NCBI GenBank assembly: GCA_963792545.1
Contig: CAWBXM010000130.1
Span: forward strand, 1 to 53,748
Direction: 5' to 3'
DNA length: 53,748 nt
Origin: an uncultured Gammaproteobacteria bacterium
Lineage (GTDB): Bacteria; Pseudomonadota; Gammaproteobacteria; SZUA-229
A model generated the notes under the pieces. That model had not been told where the DNA came from. It saw nothing but the letters and a program-made list of their open reading frames with translations, and searched no databases. This document shows positions 44,588 through 53,748 of this stretch, piece by piece. Numbering within the stretch: the first letter of the stretch is position 1; each line of letters begins with the position of its first letter. A program made the position numbers and the translations under genes.

Positions 44588-44625
44588 TTTTAATATAGAT
44601 TCAGTGACCTGATTAAGTCATTGAG

Positions 44626-44853
44626 CTACATTTTGCAGCCGGACTGCTTGTCCTTAAAGCCCATCGCATACAGTGCTTTTGTTGCCGGGCAAAATCCGGT
44701 AAACCCCATCTGGAACAGATTGACGCCAACAAAAAAAGTCAGCCACAACCAGCTCATCTCCATAAGATTTATCTGACCCATCAGGTGAGCTGCGATTAGA
44801 CTACCCATAATGACAGCGCCAGCAAAGATTCCAACTATACTAAAAACTCTCAT
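44626..44853 (-). CDS. DUF2892 (YgaP-like) small membrane protein
   Basis: 75 aa with two TM helices and the TGFCPATK motif. Confidence 0.6.
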   Translation of the reverse strand: MRVFSIVGIFAGAVIMGSLIAAHLMGQINLMEMSWLWLTFFVGVNLFQMGFTGFCPATKALYAMGFKDKQSGCKM

Positions 44854-45140
44854 ATTTTCTATCTCTATGTCGTTTGATGATATTAACTCACGACTATTAT
44901 GACATAAATGGCGTGAGTTTCAGACTATAGAAGTCAGTTGGCAGTCATGGGATTTTCTGAAACCCCTGCTTGATATTCGACCGTAAGTATTTCATTAAGC
45001 ATTAGTATAAATAAACCGTTAGTTTCAGTAAGTTAAGTAAAAACAGTGGCTTATTTTTCAGCTTGAGCAGTTTTTGTTAAAAATAATCCATTCAGGTCAA
45101 TGACACCCTGAGGCATACGCTAGCGTATCTTGATTATGAC

Positions 45141-46454
45141 TTAAAGCAGATCTTTCAGTGTAATGTCTTTAGTCGAATCTGAGATGGCAGTTTCTAATGT
45201 GGACACAACGTCGTTGACTTTCTGCACCGTAGTAACATCATCAGGATGCAGCTTAGGAGACTCTTCTGCCTGCCGTGCAGCGTCAAGAACCATATGTAAC
45301 GAAATCTTGTCCAGTGACTGGGCAGGGAGGTAAGACTTATCGCCTGTACCAGAAGGCAATAGTAGTTTGCTTTTTATCAGCGCGCTGAGCACCATTGATA
45401 AGGCAGATTCTGCTATGCCGGATTTTTTGGCAAGGCTTTTTAGTGTCCATGGTGATTTACCTTTATCAAAACTGCTGGCGATCAATTGCATGATGGTCAG
45501 CGCCAGTTTTTCGCGCAGGCGACAACTGAGGCGTATGACCTGAGACTGGTTGCTGATACGGTCAGGGTTCTGGTGGTAATAAGCAATAGACGCGCCGGTC
45601 AAAACGATTAGCCAGCTCATATAGATCCAGATCATGAAGATGATTAGAATGGCAAAGCCTGAATAGATAGCAGTGTAGTTTGTGGAGTTGACGATAAAAG
45701 CAGTAAATAATTTACCGATAAGTTTCCATGCAACGGTAGAAAATACAGCGCCATATATTGCAGAGCCTAATCTAACTTTTGTATTTGGGATTAAAAGATA
45801 AATGACAGTAAAAGAAACGATGGTGAGTAAATAAGGTACTAGCTCACCGATAAGTAATAACAAGGTGCCAAAAGGTTCGATGGCGAGGAATTGATTAACC
45901 ACTGCCGAGGAGTTAAATGAGGCAGTCATAGCTGAAGCAGTAAATAACAATAACGGACCAATTAGTATAACGCTCAGATAATTGCTGAAGCGCTGCATGA
46001 TGCCGCGTGTTACGCTTATACGCCAGGTGAAGTTAAACGCACTTTCAATCTTTTTTACCAGTGATAATACGGTGAAAACTAGAACCAGCAAGCCGACTGC
46101 ACCGAGAACGCCAACTTTGATATTGTCGACAAAGCTTATAATCTGCTGACTGATACTCAGGCCTTTTTCCCCTAACGGTTCAAGCAGGTTAATGAGTACA
46201 GGTTCTAGCTGGTTGTGAACGCCGAATCCTTTTAATACTGAAAAGCTGACAGCTAACAAAGGGACTATGGATAACAGTGTTGTATAGACCAGGCCCATAG
46301 CACGGAGTGATGGCAGGCCACCGCTTAGGTCACGTGCTGCGCCATAAACTATTCTAAGGAATTGAATTGCGTACCGTTGTGCAATATTCACCTGTTTCAG
46401 GTTGGTTTGCCATAAGTACTGGTTTATTTTTTCCTGTATATTTTTATACATCAT
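45141..46454 (-). CDS. yihY: YihY/BrkB-family membrane protein with a C-terminal soluble extension
   Basis: GGLPSLRAMGLVYTTLLSIVPLLAV ... YGAVFSTVAWKLIGKLF ... TAIYSGFAILIIFMIWIY is typical of YihY. An extra tail of about 130 aa follows. Confidence 0.75.
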   Translation of the reverse strand: MMYKNIQEKINQYLWQTNLKQVNIAQRYAIQFLRIVYGAARDLSGGLPSLRAMGLVYTTLLSIVPLLAVSFSVLKGFGVHNQLEPVLINLLEPLGEKGLSISQQIISFVDNIKVGVLGAVGLLVLVFTVLSLVKKIESAFNFTWRISVTRGIMQRFSNYLSVILIGPLLLFTASAMTASFNSSAVVNQFLAIEPFGTLLLLIGELVPYLLTIVSFTVIYLLIPNTKVRLGSAIYGAVFSTVAWKLIGKLFTAFIVNSTNYTAIYSGFAILIIFMIWIYMSWLIVLTGASIAYYHQNPDRISNQSQVIRLSCRLREKLALTIMQLIASSFDKGKSPWTLKSLAKKSGIAESALSMVLSALIKSKLLLPSGTGDKSYLPAQSLDKISLHMVLDAARQAEESPKLHPDDVTTVQKVNDVVSTLETAISDSTKDITLKDLL

Positions 46455-46468
46455 TTTTTCTGCGATAA

Positions 46469-47515
46469 CTATTGACTAAGCTTTCGTTGTTGCAAACGCC
46501 ATTCCTGATAATCGCCGGCTTTTTTGTAACCCTGTCGATTGACATAATCCAGTACGCCCCATAATCGATAGAACTGGGCTACGGAATCTACACGGATAAT
46601 CTCGTTGCCGTCGGCATCGAAAAAGACGATGGTGGGTGCATAAAAAATATCAAGTGATCTGGCCCAGTCTTTTGCTGTAGTTTCTTTTCCACCTGGTGTG
46701 ATTAACTCGGTGTCCGCCCACATATTGAGTTGAATGGAATTCATTTTTTCGATCTCTTTAATGCTTAGTTCATTTGCCAGCGGGTCGCTGTGTAATATAT
46801 CGCAGGTATGGCAGTTACCCTGCTCAAAGAAGACCGCAGTCGGTTTTTTATTTTCACGAAGTGCTGCCAGATCATAAGCTGGTGGCAGAAAAAAATCTCG
46901 GTCATTTAAGCCACCTAACAGAAAATAGTCGCCTTGTTGTGCGCGTGCAAAATATTCAGAATAACTTTCTTCTTTATAGTAACCATCAACAACAAACTGT
47001 AATGCTGCACGAAATTTGTATGGTGGGTAATAACCACGTAGGCGAAATACAGGGGTTCCATCTACATCATAAAATACCAGTGATGGCGTGAAGTTGGTTT
47101 TGTATTTTATGGAAAGCTCGCGTTCAGAGTATTTTGTACCATCAGTATCGATAATATCTTCGATGCCCCAGATATCAAACGCGATGACATCGTAGTGTCT
47201 GCGTAAATAATTCTGTATATCCTCATCTGCCAGACTGGTTTCGATAAACTGCTCGCAATAAGCACAGCGTTTCTGGCCAAAATAGGTGACAATACCAATT
47301 TTCCCGGATTGTTTTGCTTCAGCCAGATCATCTCGAAGATCACCCAGAGGGAGCTTGAACCAGTCGGGATAGACCAGTTCCTCATCCAGCTGGGCGTCAT
47401 CGAAAATGAGTGTTGAGTCTACGGTTTTAGAATGTGGTTCTGTGGCGGCGTAAAGTGTGAATGAAAAGAGTAATAAAAATAGGCTTAACGAGAAGTTGTA
47501 TTTATACATTATCAT
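46469..47515 (-). CDS. Secreted double thioredoxin-fold protein
   Basis: Signal peptide and two CxxC motifs (CAYC and CHTC), each in a thioredoxin-like context. Confidence 0.65.
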   Translation of the reverse strand: MIMYKYNFSLSLFLLLFSFTLYAATEPHSKTVDSTLIFDDAQLDEELVYPDWFKLPLGDLRDDLAEAKQSGKIGIVTYFGQKRCAYCEQFIETSLADEDIQNYLRRHYDVIAFDIWGIEDIIDTDGTKYSERELSIKYKTNFTPSLVFYDVDGTPVFRLRGYYPPYKFRAALQFVVDGYYKEESYSEYFARAQQGDYFLLGGLNDRDFFLPPAYDLAALRENKKPTAVFFEQGNCHTCDILHSDPLANELSIKEIEKMNSIQLNMWADTELITPGGKETTAKDWARSLDIFYAPTIVFFDADGNEIIRVDSVAQFYRLWGVLDYVNRQGYKKAGDYQEWRLQQRKLSQ

Positions 47516-47549
47516 TCTGTTACCCTAATAATTCTTATGTTTTGATTAT

Positions 47550-48239
47550 ATGACAAAAGACACTAAAAATATCACATCTGCCATGGATTTGTTAGTCAAC
47601 GATGATTCCGCTAGCGTTTTAATGTTAATGGGCCCAGGTTGCAGTTACTGCGGTCCGATGATGCAGGTTTTGACTGAGCTGATGAAAGCGGGAAAGATTA
47701 CTGAGCTGCGCATCCTGGATATTCAACAGCACCCCGAGCTAGCGATGAAGTTAGGTGTACGTAGCGTGCCATGGTTGCAGATCGGTCCATTTGAATTATC
47801 AGGATCTCGAACGAAGCAGGAGATATTGTTATGGCTACAGCGTGCTTCAAGTCATGATGGTCTAACTGAATATATCGACGAAGTGTTGGCAGAAGGTAAT
47901 ATTGAGTATGCTAAAAAACTCATCCAGCACTCTCCGGCGGCGCTTGAAAGTGTCATCGATTTAATGGCTGATGCTGACGCTAAAATTAACGTACGACTTG
48001 GTGTCGGCGTGATTATCGAAGAACTGGCTGCGACGGATCGGTTTAAAGCTGTGCTGCCAATGTTGATTAATTATCTAACAAGTAATGACGCGCGCGTTCG
48101 AGGTGATGCTTGTCATTACCTGTCGTTAACAAACGATGTTTCGACTATCCCGCTTATAAAAAAGCTGTTATCAGATGAGAGTGCAGAAGTCAGAGAAATC
48201 GCACAGGATAGCCTGGATGAGCTGCAAGGTTTGCTGTGA
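47550..48239 (+). CDS. Thioredoxin-like domain fused to HEAT-type repeats
   Basis: The N-terminal LMGPGCSYCGP...VRSVPW is thioredoxin/glutaredoxin-like. The C-terminal NDARVRGDACHYL / DESAEVREIAQDSL are HEAT/PBS-lyase-like repeats. Confidence 0.6.
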   Translation: MTKDTKNITSAMDLLVNDDSASVLMLMGPGCSYCGPMMQVLTELMKAGKITELRILDIQQHPELAMKLGVRSVPWLQIGPFELSGSRTKQEILLWLQRASSHDGLTEYIDEVLAEGNIEYAKKLIQHSPAALESVIDLMADADAKINVRLGVGVIIEELAATDRFKAVLPMLINYLTSNDARVRGDACHYLSLTNDVSTIPLIKKLLSDESAEVREIAQDSLDELQGLL

Positions 48240-48266
48240 GACTTATAGGATTGCATCTTCGATATT

Positions 48267-49283
48267 GTGACCTTTGAAAAAAACATAGAAGTAAGTATTC
48301 TTATGCCTGTCTACAATGCAGAGCATACTCTGCATGAATGTCTGGATAGTATTCTTAAACAGTCGCTGCAAAATTTCGAAGTTATTGCGGTTGATGATTT
48401 TTCCAGTGATAGATCAGTAGCAGTGATGCAGTCATATAATGATCCACGTTTCGTCATTATTAATAATAAGAGTAAAGGTATAGTTTCTGCGCTTAATACA
48501 GGTCTTGCTTTCTGTCGGGCCAACTTTGTCGCCAGGATGGATGCTGATGATGTGATGCATGAGCAGCGCCTGCAAAAGCAGTTTGAGCAGTTGAAAAAAA
48601 ACAGCGATATATCACTATGTGCAACGCAGGCAAGAAAGTTTCCAAAGGATAAAATACAGGCTGGATATATAGAATATATGCGTTGGCAAAATGCCTGTCT
48701 CAGTATGAAAGATATACAAAATCAGATATATATTGAATCACCGTTTGCTCATCCTAGTGTGATGTTTCGTAAAGATGATGTTATTGACGCGGGGGCGTAT
48801 CTGGAGGGTGACTTTCCGGAAGACTACGAGTTATGGCTGAGGATGTTTCAGCGAGGATATAAGATGGTGAAGCTAGAACAGGAGCTGATGTATTGGCGAG
48901 AGTCGGATGGCCGTCTATCAAGAAACTGTAGCCGTTACTCTGATGCTGCTTTTGAGAGATTGCGTGCCAACTATCTGGCAAAAGATCCGCGGCTGATGGG
49001 CAGGAGAATTGTTATCTGGGGTGCGGGTAGAAAAACCAGGCAGCGGGCGCAGTTATTAATAGATCAGGGTGTAAAACCGGTCGCCTGGATCGATATCGAC
49101 AGTCGAAAAGTTAACAAGGAATATCAGGGCGTCAGGACGTTTTTGCCAGACTGGTTGCTGCAACATGACGACAAACCCTTTGTTTTAAATTATGTTCGTA
49201 ATCACGGTGTGCGTGAAAAATGTCGTCTCTATCTTAATCAGGCGGGATATGTGATGGGCCAGGACTATCTGGATGTAGCCTGA
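48267..49283 (+). CDS. Family 2 glycosyltransferase with a C-terminal Rossmann-like extension
   Basis: VSILMPVYNAEHTLHECLDSILKQS...VIAVDDFSSD...ARMDADD are the GT2 motifs. The C-terminus has IVIWGAGRKTRQ. GTG start. Confidence 0.75.
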   Translation: MTFEKNIEVSILMPVYNAEHTLHECLDSILKQSLQNFEVIAVDDFSSDRSVAVMQSYNDPRFVIINNKSKGIVSALNTGLAFCRANFVARMDADDVMHEQRLQKQFEQLKKNSDISLCATQARKFPKDKIQAGYIEYMRWQNACLSMKDIQNQIYIESPFAHPSVMFRKDDVIDAGAYLEGDFPEDYELWLRMFQRGYKMVKLEQELMYWRESDGRLSRNCSRYSDAAFERLRANYLAKDPRLMGRRIVIWGAGRKTRQRAQLLIDQGVKPVAWIDIDSRKVNKEYQGVRTFLPDWLLQHDDKPFVLNYVRNHGVREKCRLYLNQAGYVMGQDYLDVA

Positions 49284-49336
49284 GTCATTTACCAGCAATA
49301 GCCGATGTGGTTTAAACGTAGCAGCAGCTCGTTCTA

Positions 49337-49579
49337 TTACTCAAGCCACTCGATAAGATAGTAAATAAATTGCCCTTCGGACGATTTTGATGGGCCACTA
49401 ACACGCGCAGCAAAATATTTTTTTTCAGGGTCTGCTGCGTCTAATGCATCAGCGGCGCAGTCTTTGATTTCAACGCAGTTAGCTGCAAAGCGGTTACGGC
49501 TGCGTTTGGGTACATATACTACAGCGTATTCAAGATTTGAAGCGCTAGACTCAGGATCCGGTGGTACCATGCCTCGCAT
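49337..49579 (-). CDS. Hypothetical small protein
   Basis: 80-aa ORF directly downstream of yqhA on the same strand, with no recognisable motif. Confidence 0.4.
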   Translation of the reverse strand: MRGMVPPDPESSASNLEYAVVYVPKRSRNRFAANCVEIKDCAADALDAADPEKKYFAARVSGPSKSSEGQFIYYLIEWLE

Positions 49580-49595
49580 ATCAGCTCAGTATCAT

Positions 49596-50087
49596 CTAAT
49601 GTTTATTTATCTTATCAACATAAGCCATGCCTATTGCAGATATCACAAAGGTCAGGTGAATGATGACAAACCACATCAGTTTATCATTGGCGATAGATTG
49701 CACATTCATGAATTTTTGCAGGAGGTGGATAGATGAGATGGCGACGATAGAGGCGGCAACTTTCTGTTTTAGTGAGCCTGCATCCATCTTTCCAAGCCAG
49801 CTCAGCTTTTCTTCGCCATGATCTAAATCGATGTTAGAGACAAAGTTTTCATAGCCACTGAGCATCACCATGACGATCAGCCCGCCGACAAGCGAGAGAT
49901 CGATCAGGCCCAAGATAATCAATACCAGATCAGCCTCTTTGGTCGAAAAGACCAGGGGGAGCACATGAAACACTTCCTGAAAAAACTTAAGACCAAGAAG
50001 TAATAGGCCGAAGCTAAGGCCTAAGTATATAGGCGCCAGTAACCAGCGGCTGGCGTAAAGAAATTTTTCTGCAATGTTTTCAATCAT
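49596..50087 (-). CDS. yqhA: UPF0114 membrane protein YqhA
   Basis: [17 protein letters not shown]...[10 protein letters not shown]...[18 protein letters not shown]...[30 protein letters not shown] is colinear with E. coli YqhA. Confidence 0.85.
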   Translation of the reverse strand: MIENIAEKFLYASRWLLAPIYLGLSFGLLLLGLKFFQEVFHVLPLVFSTKEADLVLIILGLIDLSLVGGLIVMVMLSGYENFVSNIDLDHGEEKLSWLGKMDAGSLKQKVAASIVAISSIHLLQKFMNVQSIANDKLMWFVIIHLTFVISAIGMAYVDKINKH

Positions 50088-50160
50088 GCCGTGATTTTAC
50101 CGTAGAGAAGCGCGAAGTGTAGAGGTTTTTTTTATTATCCCTGATCGCTAGTCAAAGCTA

Positions 50161-50249
50161 CCACATCCTCGGCAACTACGTCCTGCGTTGCCCTAATACC
50201 GTCCATCCATGGACATATGTTATCGCCCCTTACCTACGTCCATGTAGGC
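50161..50249. repeat. Dispersed mosaic repeat segment
   Basis: The reverse complement of 50191-50212 (ccatggatggacggtattaggg) closely matches 29630-29650. 50233-50248 matches 37549-37564 in reverse complement. The flanking acatcctcggcaac matches acatccttcggcaat, the reverse complement of 29655-29669. Confidence 0.75.
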
Positions 50250-50294
50250 AAAATAATGCACTTTAGTGCAAGGCTTTAGCTGCTATTCAGGTTT

Positions 50295-50445
50295 GCAGTG
50301 ATGAGACTAGTGTTACTAAAAAGGGTTGAAAAGTCTATTGCAATGATAGATTGATACTCTCGCGGAGGCGCAAAGTCGCAGAGAAAAAACGACAATAAGG
50401 TTTTCCTTGTTTCTCTCTGCGACTTTGCGCCTCCGCGAGAAACTA
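50295..50445. repeat. Hairpin repeat, CGCAGAG family, copy E
   Basis: Roughly 60-nt leader atgagactagtgttactaaaaagggttgaaaagtctattgcaatgatagattgatac. 27-bp arms at 50358-50384 and 50414-50440. Confidence 0.85.
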
Positions 50446-50491
50446 TTATGTGCAATGAGAATGAGTTTCAGTTGAGCTCAGAATGATTACA

Positions 50492-51157
50492 CTATTCATT
50501 TAATAATTCGACCACATTTTTTTCTAATGCGTTAACTGCGCCAAAGCTTACCTGGCGAAGGATTCCTTTTCTGTCGATGAGAATGGAGGATGGTGTGCCC
50601 TGTAACTGATACATGTCAAAAGTTAGTGCATGGTATTGCTTATCTTTTAGATAAGCTTCGGCTTTTTTATAGATACCTGATTTTCGTTCTTCGTCCCAGG
50701 AGTGCTGAAAAAAGTCCGGTATCTGGCTTAATATAAACTGGTTGATGCTGGCTTCATCTACGATAGCCTCATTTTTCACCAGCTTATCCATGGCAACACT
50801 GAAAGGGATGGTATATGGCAGTTTTTGGTTTTCCAGAAAACCGGAGTCATCTAGTTGAGCCAGTGGGTCGCCGATTAATTCTCCATGTTGCAGCAGACGC
50901 TCGAGGTTATTCAATGTATTATGTTCAAAGTGTTCGAACGCAGTCGCGATAGCAAAAACTTTTAATCCCTGCGAATGGTAGGTTTTATGAAGATGGATAA
51001 CTTCAGGTAGGGCATGAATAAAACAGCCGGGGCAGTTGACCTGTATGACCTCGATGAGGATAACCTGTCCGGTTAATTCTTTTATCGCTAGTTCCTCGCC
51101 CTGAACCCAGCATTCGATTTCAGGCTGTGGTGCGGGTTTATTAATAATGGCTTTCAT
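50492..51157 (-). CDS. Thioredoxin-fold (TlpA/redoxin-like) protein, no signal peptide
   Basis: VILIEVIQVNCPGCFIHALPEV has CxxC in a redoxin context. 221 aa. Confidence 0.6.
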   Translation of the reverse strand: MKAIINKPAPQPEIECWVQGEELAIKELTGQVILIEVIQVNCPGCFIHALPEVIHLHKTYHSQGLKVFAIATAFEHFEHNTLNNLERLLQHGELIGDPLAQLDDSGFLENQKLPYTIPFSVAMDKLVKNEAIVDEASINQFILSQIPDFFQHSWDEERKSGIYKKAEAYLKDKQYHALTFDMYQLQGTPSSILIDRKGILRQVSFGAVNALEKNVVELLNE

Positions 51158-51183
51158 ATGTGTATGAGCGTGAATGGTTGGAC

Positions 51184-52179
51184 ATGGTTGAAGATAGAAA
51201 TAAGCTAAAGCAAGATTATACTGATTTAACTCCGGAGACTATACTCGATGCGGTTGAGTCTTTGTCATATGAGACCAGCGGTCGCTTACTGGCGCTAAAT
51301 AGTTATGAAAACCGTGTCTATCGTTGTGACCTGGAAAATGAAGCGCCTGTTATCGCCAAATTTTATCGCCCCGGTCGTTGGAGTGATGAAGCTATCCAGG
51401 AAGAGCATAAGTTTGCTTTAGCGCTGCAGGCACAGGAGATTCCTGTGGTTGCGCCGATGGTTATTGGTGAAAAATCTTTATTTGAATTCCAGGGTTATCG
51501 ATTTGCATTATTTCCACAACGTGGCGGCCGTTGGCCTGATCTGGAAACACGCGATGATCTAAACTGGATGGGGCGTTTTATTGCGCGTATCCATAATGTC
51601 GGGCGAACCTCTTCGTTTGAGCATAGACAAAAAATTGAGATAAACCGAATGGGCTACGAACCGGCAGCTTATCTGCAAGAGCATGGTTTTATTCCGGACT
51701 ATCTCGAGCAGGCTTACCAGACACTGGTTGCTGATCTGCTAAAACAAATCGAAGCGTCCTTTGAACGTTGCGGTAATTACCAGAGCATTCGTCTGCACGG
51801 CGACTGTCACCGAAGTAATGTTTTATGGACCGAAAAAGGCCCGCATTTCGTTGATCTGGACGATTGCTGCACTGGTCCGGCGATCCAGGATCTGTGGATG
51901 TTGCTATCAGGTGAACGTGAGGAGATGACCGAGCAGATGTGTGATCTGCTGGAAGGTTATGAAGAGTTTGCTGAACTGGATTTAAAAGAACTGCATCTGA
52001 TAGAAGCGCTACGCACTCTGCGTATGATGCATTATGCCGCCTGGCTGGCCAAACGCTGGGATGACGCCGCTTTCCCGTTGGCTTTCCCCTGGTTTAATAC
52101 CAGTCAGTATTGGGAGGAGCATGTGCTGGAGTTGCGGGAGCAGTTATCGAGATTGCATGAGCCGGTGCTGGTTGTGTGA
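51184..52179 (+). CDS. srkA: Stress-response serine/threonine kinase SrkA (RdoA/YihE)
   Basis: LNSYENRVY...KFYRPGRWS...EEH.FAL...LHGDCHRSNVLW...FVDLDD...GPAIQDLWMLL is colinear with E. coli SrkA. Start at ATG 51184, or GTG 51160. Confidence 0.85.
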   Translation: MVEDRNKLKQDYTDLTPETILDAVESLSYETSGRLLALNSYENRVYRCDLENEAPVIAKFYRPGRWSDEAIQEEHKFALALQAQEIPVVAPMVIGEKSLFEFQGYRFALFPQRGGRWPDLETRDDLNWMGRFIARIHNVGRTSSFEHRQKIEINRMGYEPAAYLQEHGFIPDYLEQAYQTLVADLLKQIEASFERCGNYQSIRLHGDCHRSNVLWTEKGPHFVDLDDCCTGPAIQDLWMLLSGEREEMTEQMCDLLEGYEEFAELDLKELHLIEALRTLRMMHYAAWLAKRWDDAAFPLAFPWFNTSQYWEEHVLELREQLSRLHEPVLVV

Positions 52180-52184
52180 ACTTA

Positions 52185-52335
52185 TGAGATTGTGTTACTA
52201 AAAAGGCAGGGCTAGAAAAACAGGGGTTGAAAGCCTATTATAAAGATAGATTGATACTCTCGCAGAGGCGCAGAGAGAAACAAAGAAAATATTATTGTTG
52301 TTTTTTCTCTGTGTCTTTGCGCCTCTGCGAGAAAA
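52185..52335. repeat. Hairpin repeat, CGCAGAG family, copy F (same orientation as copy E)
   Basis: The leader atgagattgtgttactaaaaagg[20-nt insertion]ggttgaaagcctattataaagatagattgatac is homologous to copy E. Arms at 52258-52280 and 52304-52332; the left arm lacks about 6 nt. Confidence 0.85.
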
Positions 52336-52365
52336 TAAATAATTACGACTTACAGGTTGAAAACT

Positions 52366-52980
52366 ATGAAGATAAGCATCATCAGCGGTAGCCACCGCAA
52401 ACCGTCGCAAAGTGAAAAAGTTGCGCGTTATCTGGAGAAAACACTAAATAATACATTCGATGATATCGAACCCTGGGTTTATACGCTGGCAGAGAATCCT
52501 CTGCCATTATGGGATCAGACATTGTGGGAAGACAATGAAGAGTGGAATCAACGACTGGCGCCCATAAAGCAGCAATTGTCTGATAGTGATGGATTTATTA
52601 TTATCTCGCCGGAATGGCACGGACAGGTGCCAGCAGGCTTGAAAAACTTTTTTCTGATGTTTAACCGTTTTGAGCTGGGGCATAAACCGGCGCTGATCGT
52701 TACGGTGTCGTCGGCCGACGGTGGTGCTTACCCGGTAGCTGAATTACGTATGAGCAGTTATAAAAATAATCGTCTGTGTTATATCCCTGAGCAACTGGTT
52801 TTACGCAATATCGAAAAAATACTGAATGACAATGCCGCGGATAATGATGAAGGTGCTGATACTTATTTCAAAGAGCGTATCTCATGGACTCTGGGGATAT
52901 TACGTGGTTACGCCATCGCGTTAAAAGGCATGCGTGATACGACTGATATCCATCACGATAAATTTGGTAATGGCATGTAG
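52366..52980 (+). CDS. NAD(P)H-dependent FMN reductase-family oxidoreductase
   Basis: MKISIISGSHRKPSQS ... FIIISPEWHGQVPAGLKN is the flavodoxin-like NADPH-FMN reductase pattern. Confidence 0.7.
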   Translation: MKISIISGSHRKPSQSEKVARYLEKTLNNTFDDIEPWVYTLAENPLPLWDQTLWEDNEEWNQRLAPIKQQLSDSDGFIIISPEWHGQVPAGLKNFFLMFNRFELGHKPALIVTVSSADGGAYPVAELRMSSYKNNRLCYIPEQLVLRNIEKILNDNAADNDEGADTYFKERISWTLGILRGYAIALKGMRDTTDIHHDKFGNGM

Positions 52981-53007
52981 TTAGAGCTCTTGTTGATCAG
53001 CGTTGAT

Positions 53008-53748
53008 TTAAATAAGTGAATGTTGTGTTTCTATATATTCGATGTCTTCCAGCGTCTTATCTCTGGATTTAGTTTGATTTGATTTGCGCATCATGGCTTC
53101 AACACGTGCGGTGTTGATTACCTCCTGATTGATGATTTTGGGGTACAGCGGATACATTTTATCGACCAGCAATGCATACTGTCTGGCAGATTGTTCAAGT
53201 CTTTCGCGTTGAGTATCTCTCAAAAAATCCAGTACCAGCAAACATGGAGATAGCCAGTGAATAAAGGCGTCGATCAGTGTTTCGTCAGATTTATAAGGCC
53301 ATTGTTGCTGTACCAGCATTTTTGGGAATAGTCTTGCTGACAGTTCTCTGTTGATCAGGTGACTTTTCAGATTTACACCATTTAAACCTTTGCCATAATC
53401 AAACCGGTCGCGGTAGAACCACTGTGCTGACGGTTGTTGACCAGCGCGATGGTTGATCATTTTGTTAAGCAGTTCACCGGCGCAGGTCAGGGTTTCATCG
53501 GTGATGGAAAATTCTTTTAGAAACTCCTGTTTGCAGCGTAAGCCGGCTTCCCAGGATAAATTTTTAGCGGTGTGAATCTCTGACTTTTTACAGACACTGT
53601 CGAGTAGCGCTAAGGGTTCACTGGTTTTGCCATCGAGCAACCATAGTTCATATTTATCCTTAAACGGATAAGGGCACGAGTCTGCATATTGTTCGATGGC
53701 ATCGAGCAGCGCCCGTCCGATCGCCTGTATTTCATTGTAATGATAGGA
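53008..53748 (-). CDS. Hypothetical protein, 5' end outside the window
   Basis: The frame of ORF 53008..53640 stays open upstream to the window edge (...SYHYNEIQAIGRALLDAIEQYADSCPYPFKDKYELWLLDGKT...). No recognisable motif. Confidence 0.5.
   Translation of the reverse strand, partial: SYHYNEIQAIGRALLDAIEQYADSCPYPFKDKYELWLLDGKTSEPLALLDSVCKKSEIHTAKNLSWEAGLRCKQEFLKEFSITDETLTCAGELLNKMINHRAGQQPSAQWFYRDRFDYGKGLNGVNLKSHLINRELSARLFPKMLVQQQWPYKSDETLIDAFIHWLSPCLLVLDFLRDTQRERLEQSARQYALLVDKMYPLYPKIINQEVINTARVEAMMRKSNQTKSRDKTLEDIEYIETQHSLI

Noticed and set aside
50295-52335. The repeat-bracketed two-gene module as a mobile cassette or genomic islet.
   Set aside because: It has no recombinase and no target-site duplication that I could see, and srkA is a conserved housekeeping ortholog. 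I kept it only as a structural-variation hypothesis in the findings.
1-53748. Prophage, IS elements, a restriction-modification system, or other defence systems such as CBASS or retrons.
   Set aside because: No ORF shows transposase, integrase, reverse transcriptase, methyltransferase-endonuclease pair, cyclase-effector or capsid/terminase motifs. hipBA is the only toxin-antitoxin-like module.

Overview
This 53.7-kb window looks like a chromosomal segment of a gammaproteobacterium, probably marine. That placement rests on many E. coli-like orthologs: deaD, msrA, rlmG, mak, yadGH, yqhA and srkA. I found no rRNA, tRNA, CRISPR array, transposase, integrase or phage genes.

Main gene content:
- A hipBA toxin-antitoxin pair.
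- A periplasmic sulfur-related cluster: YeeE/YedE, a DsrE-like protein and an MBL hydrolase.
- A complete six-gene MoxR/Bat-type operon (MoxR-DUF58-DUF4381-BatA-BatB-BatD).
- A cobalamin-riboswitch-controlled btuB-tonB-pduO operon.
- A GAF-PAS-GGDEF-EAL signalling protein.
- A SulP transporter.
- Several thioredoxin-fold genes.

I could not identify a canonical defence or mobile system beyond hipBA. Four things seem most worth a second look:
1. A dense, modular network of intergenic hairpin repeats. They combine a conserved leader, variable arms built from 8-10-nt subrepeats, and a nested inner hairpin. One member family has been amplified into a near-perfect 52-bp tandem array that ends at an orphan terminator.
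2. Three clear frameshifted genes, and possibly a fourth. All are shifted in the same +1 direction.
3. A consensus sigma-54 promoter in front of a DUF4114 protein with a PEP-CTERM-type tail.
4. A btuB expression platform whose sequestered Shine-Dalgarno sequence points to a non-canonical start codon.

All protein family calls come from motif recognition by eye. No database search was run.
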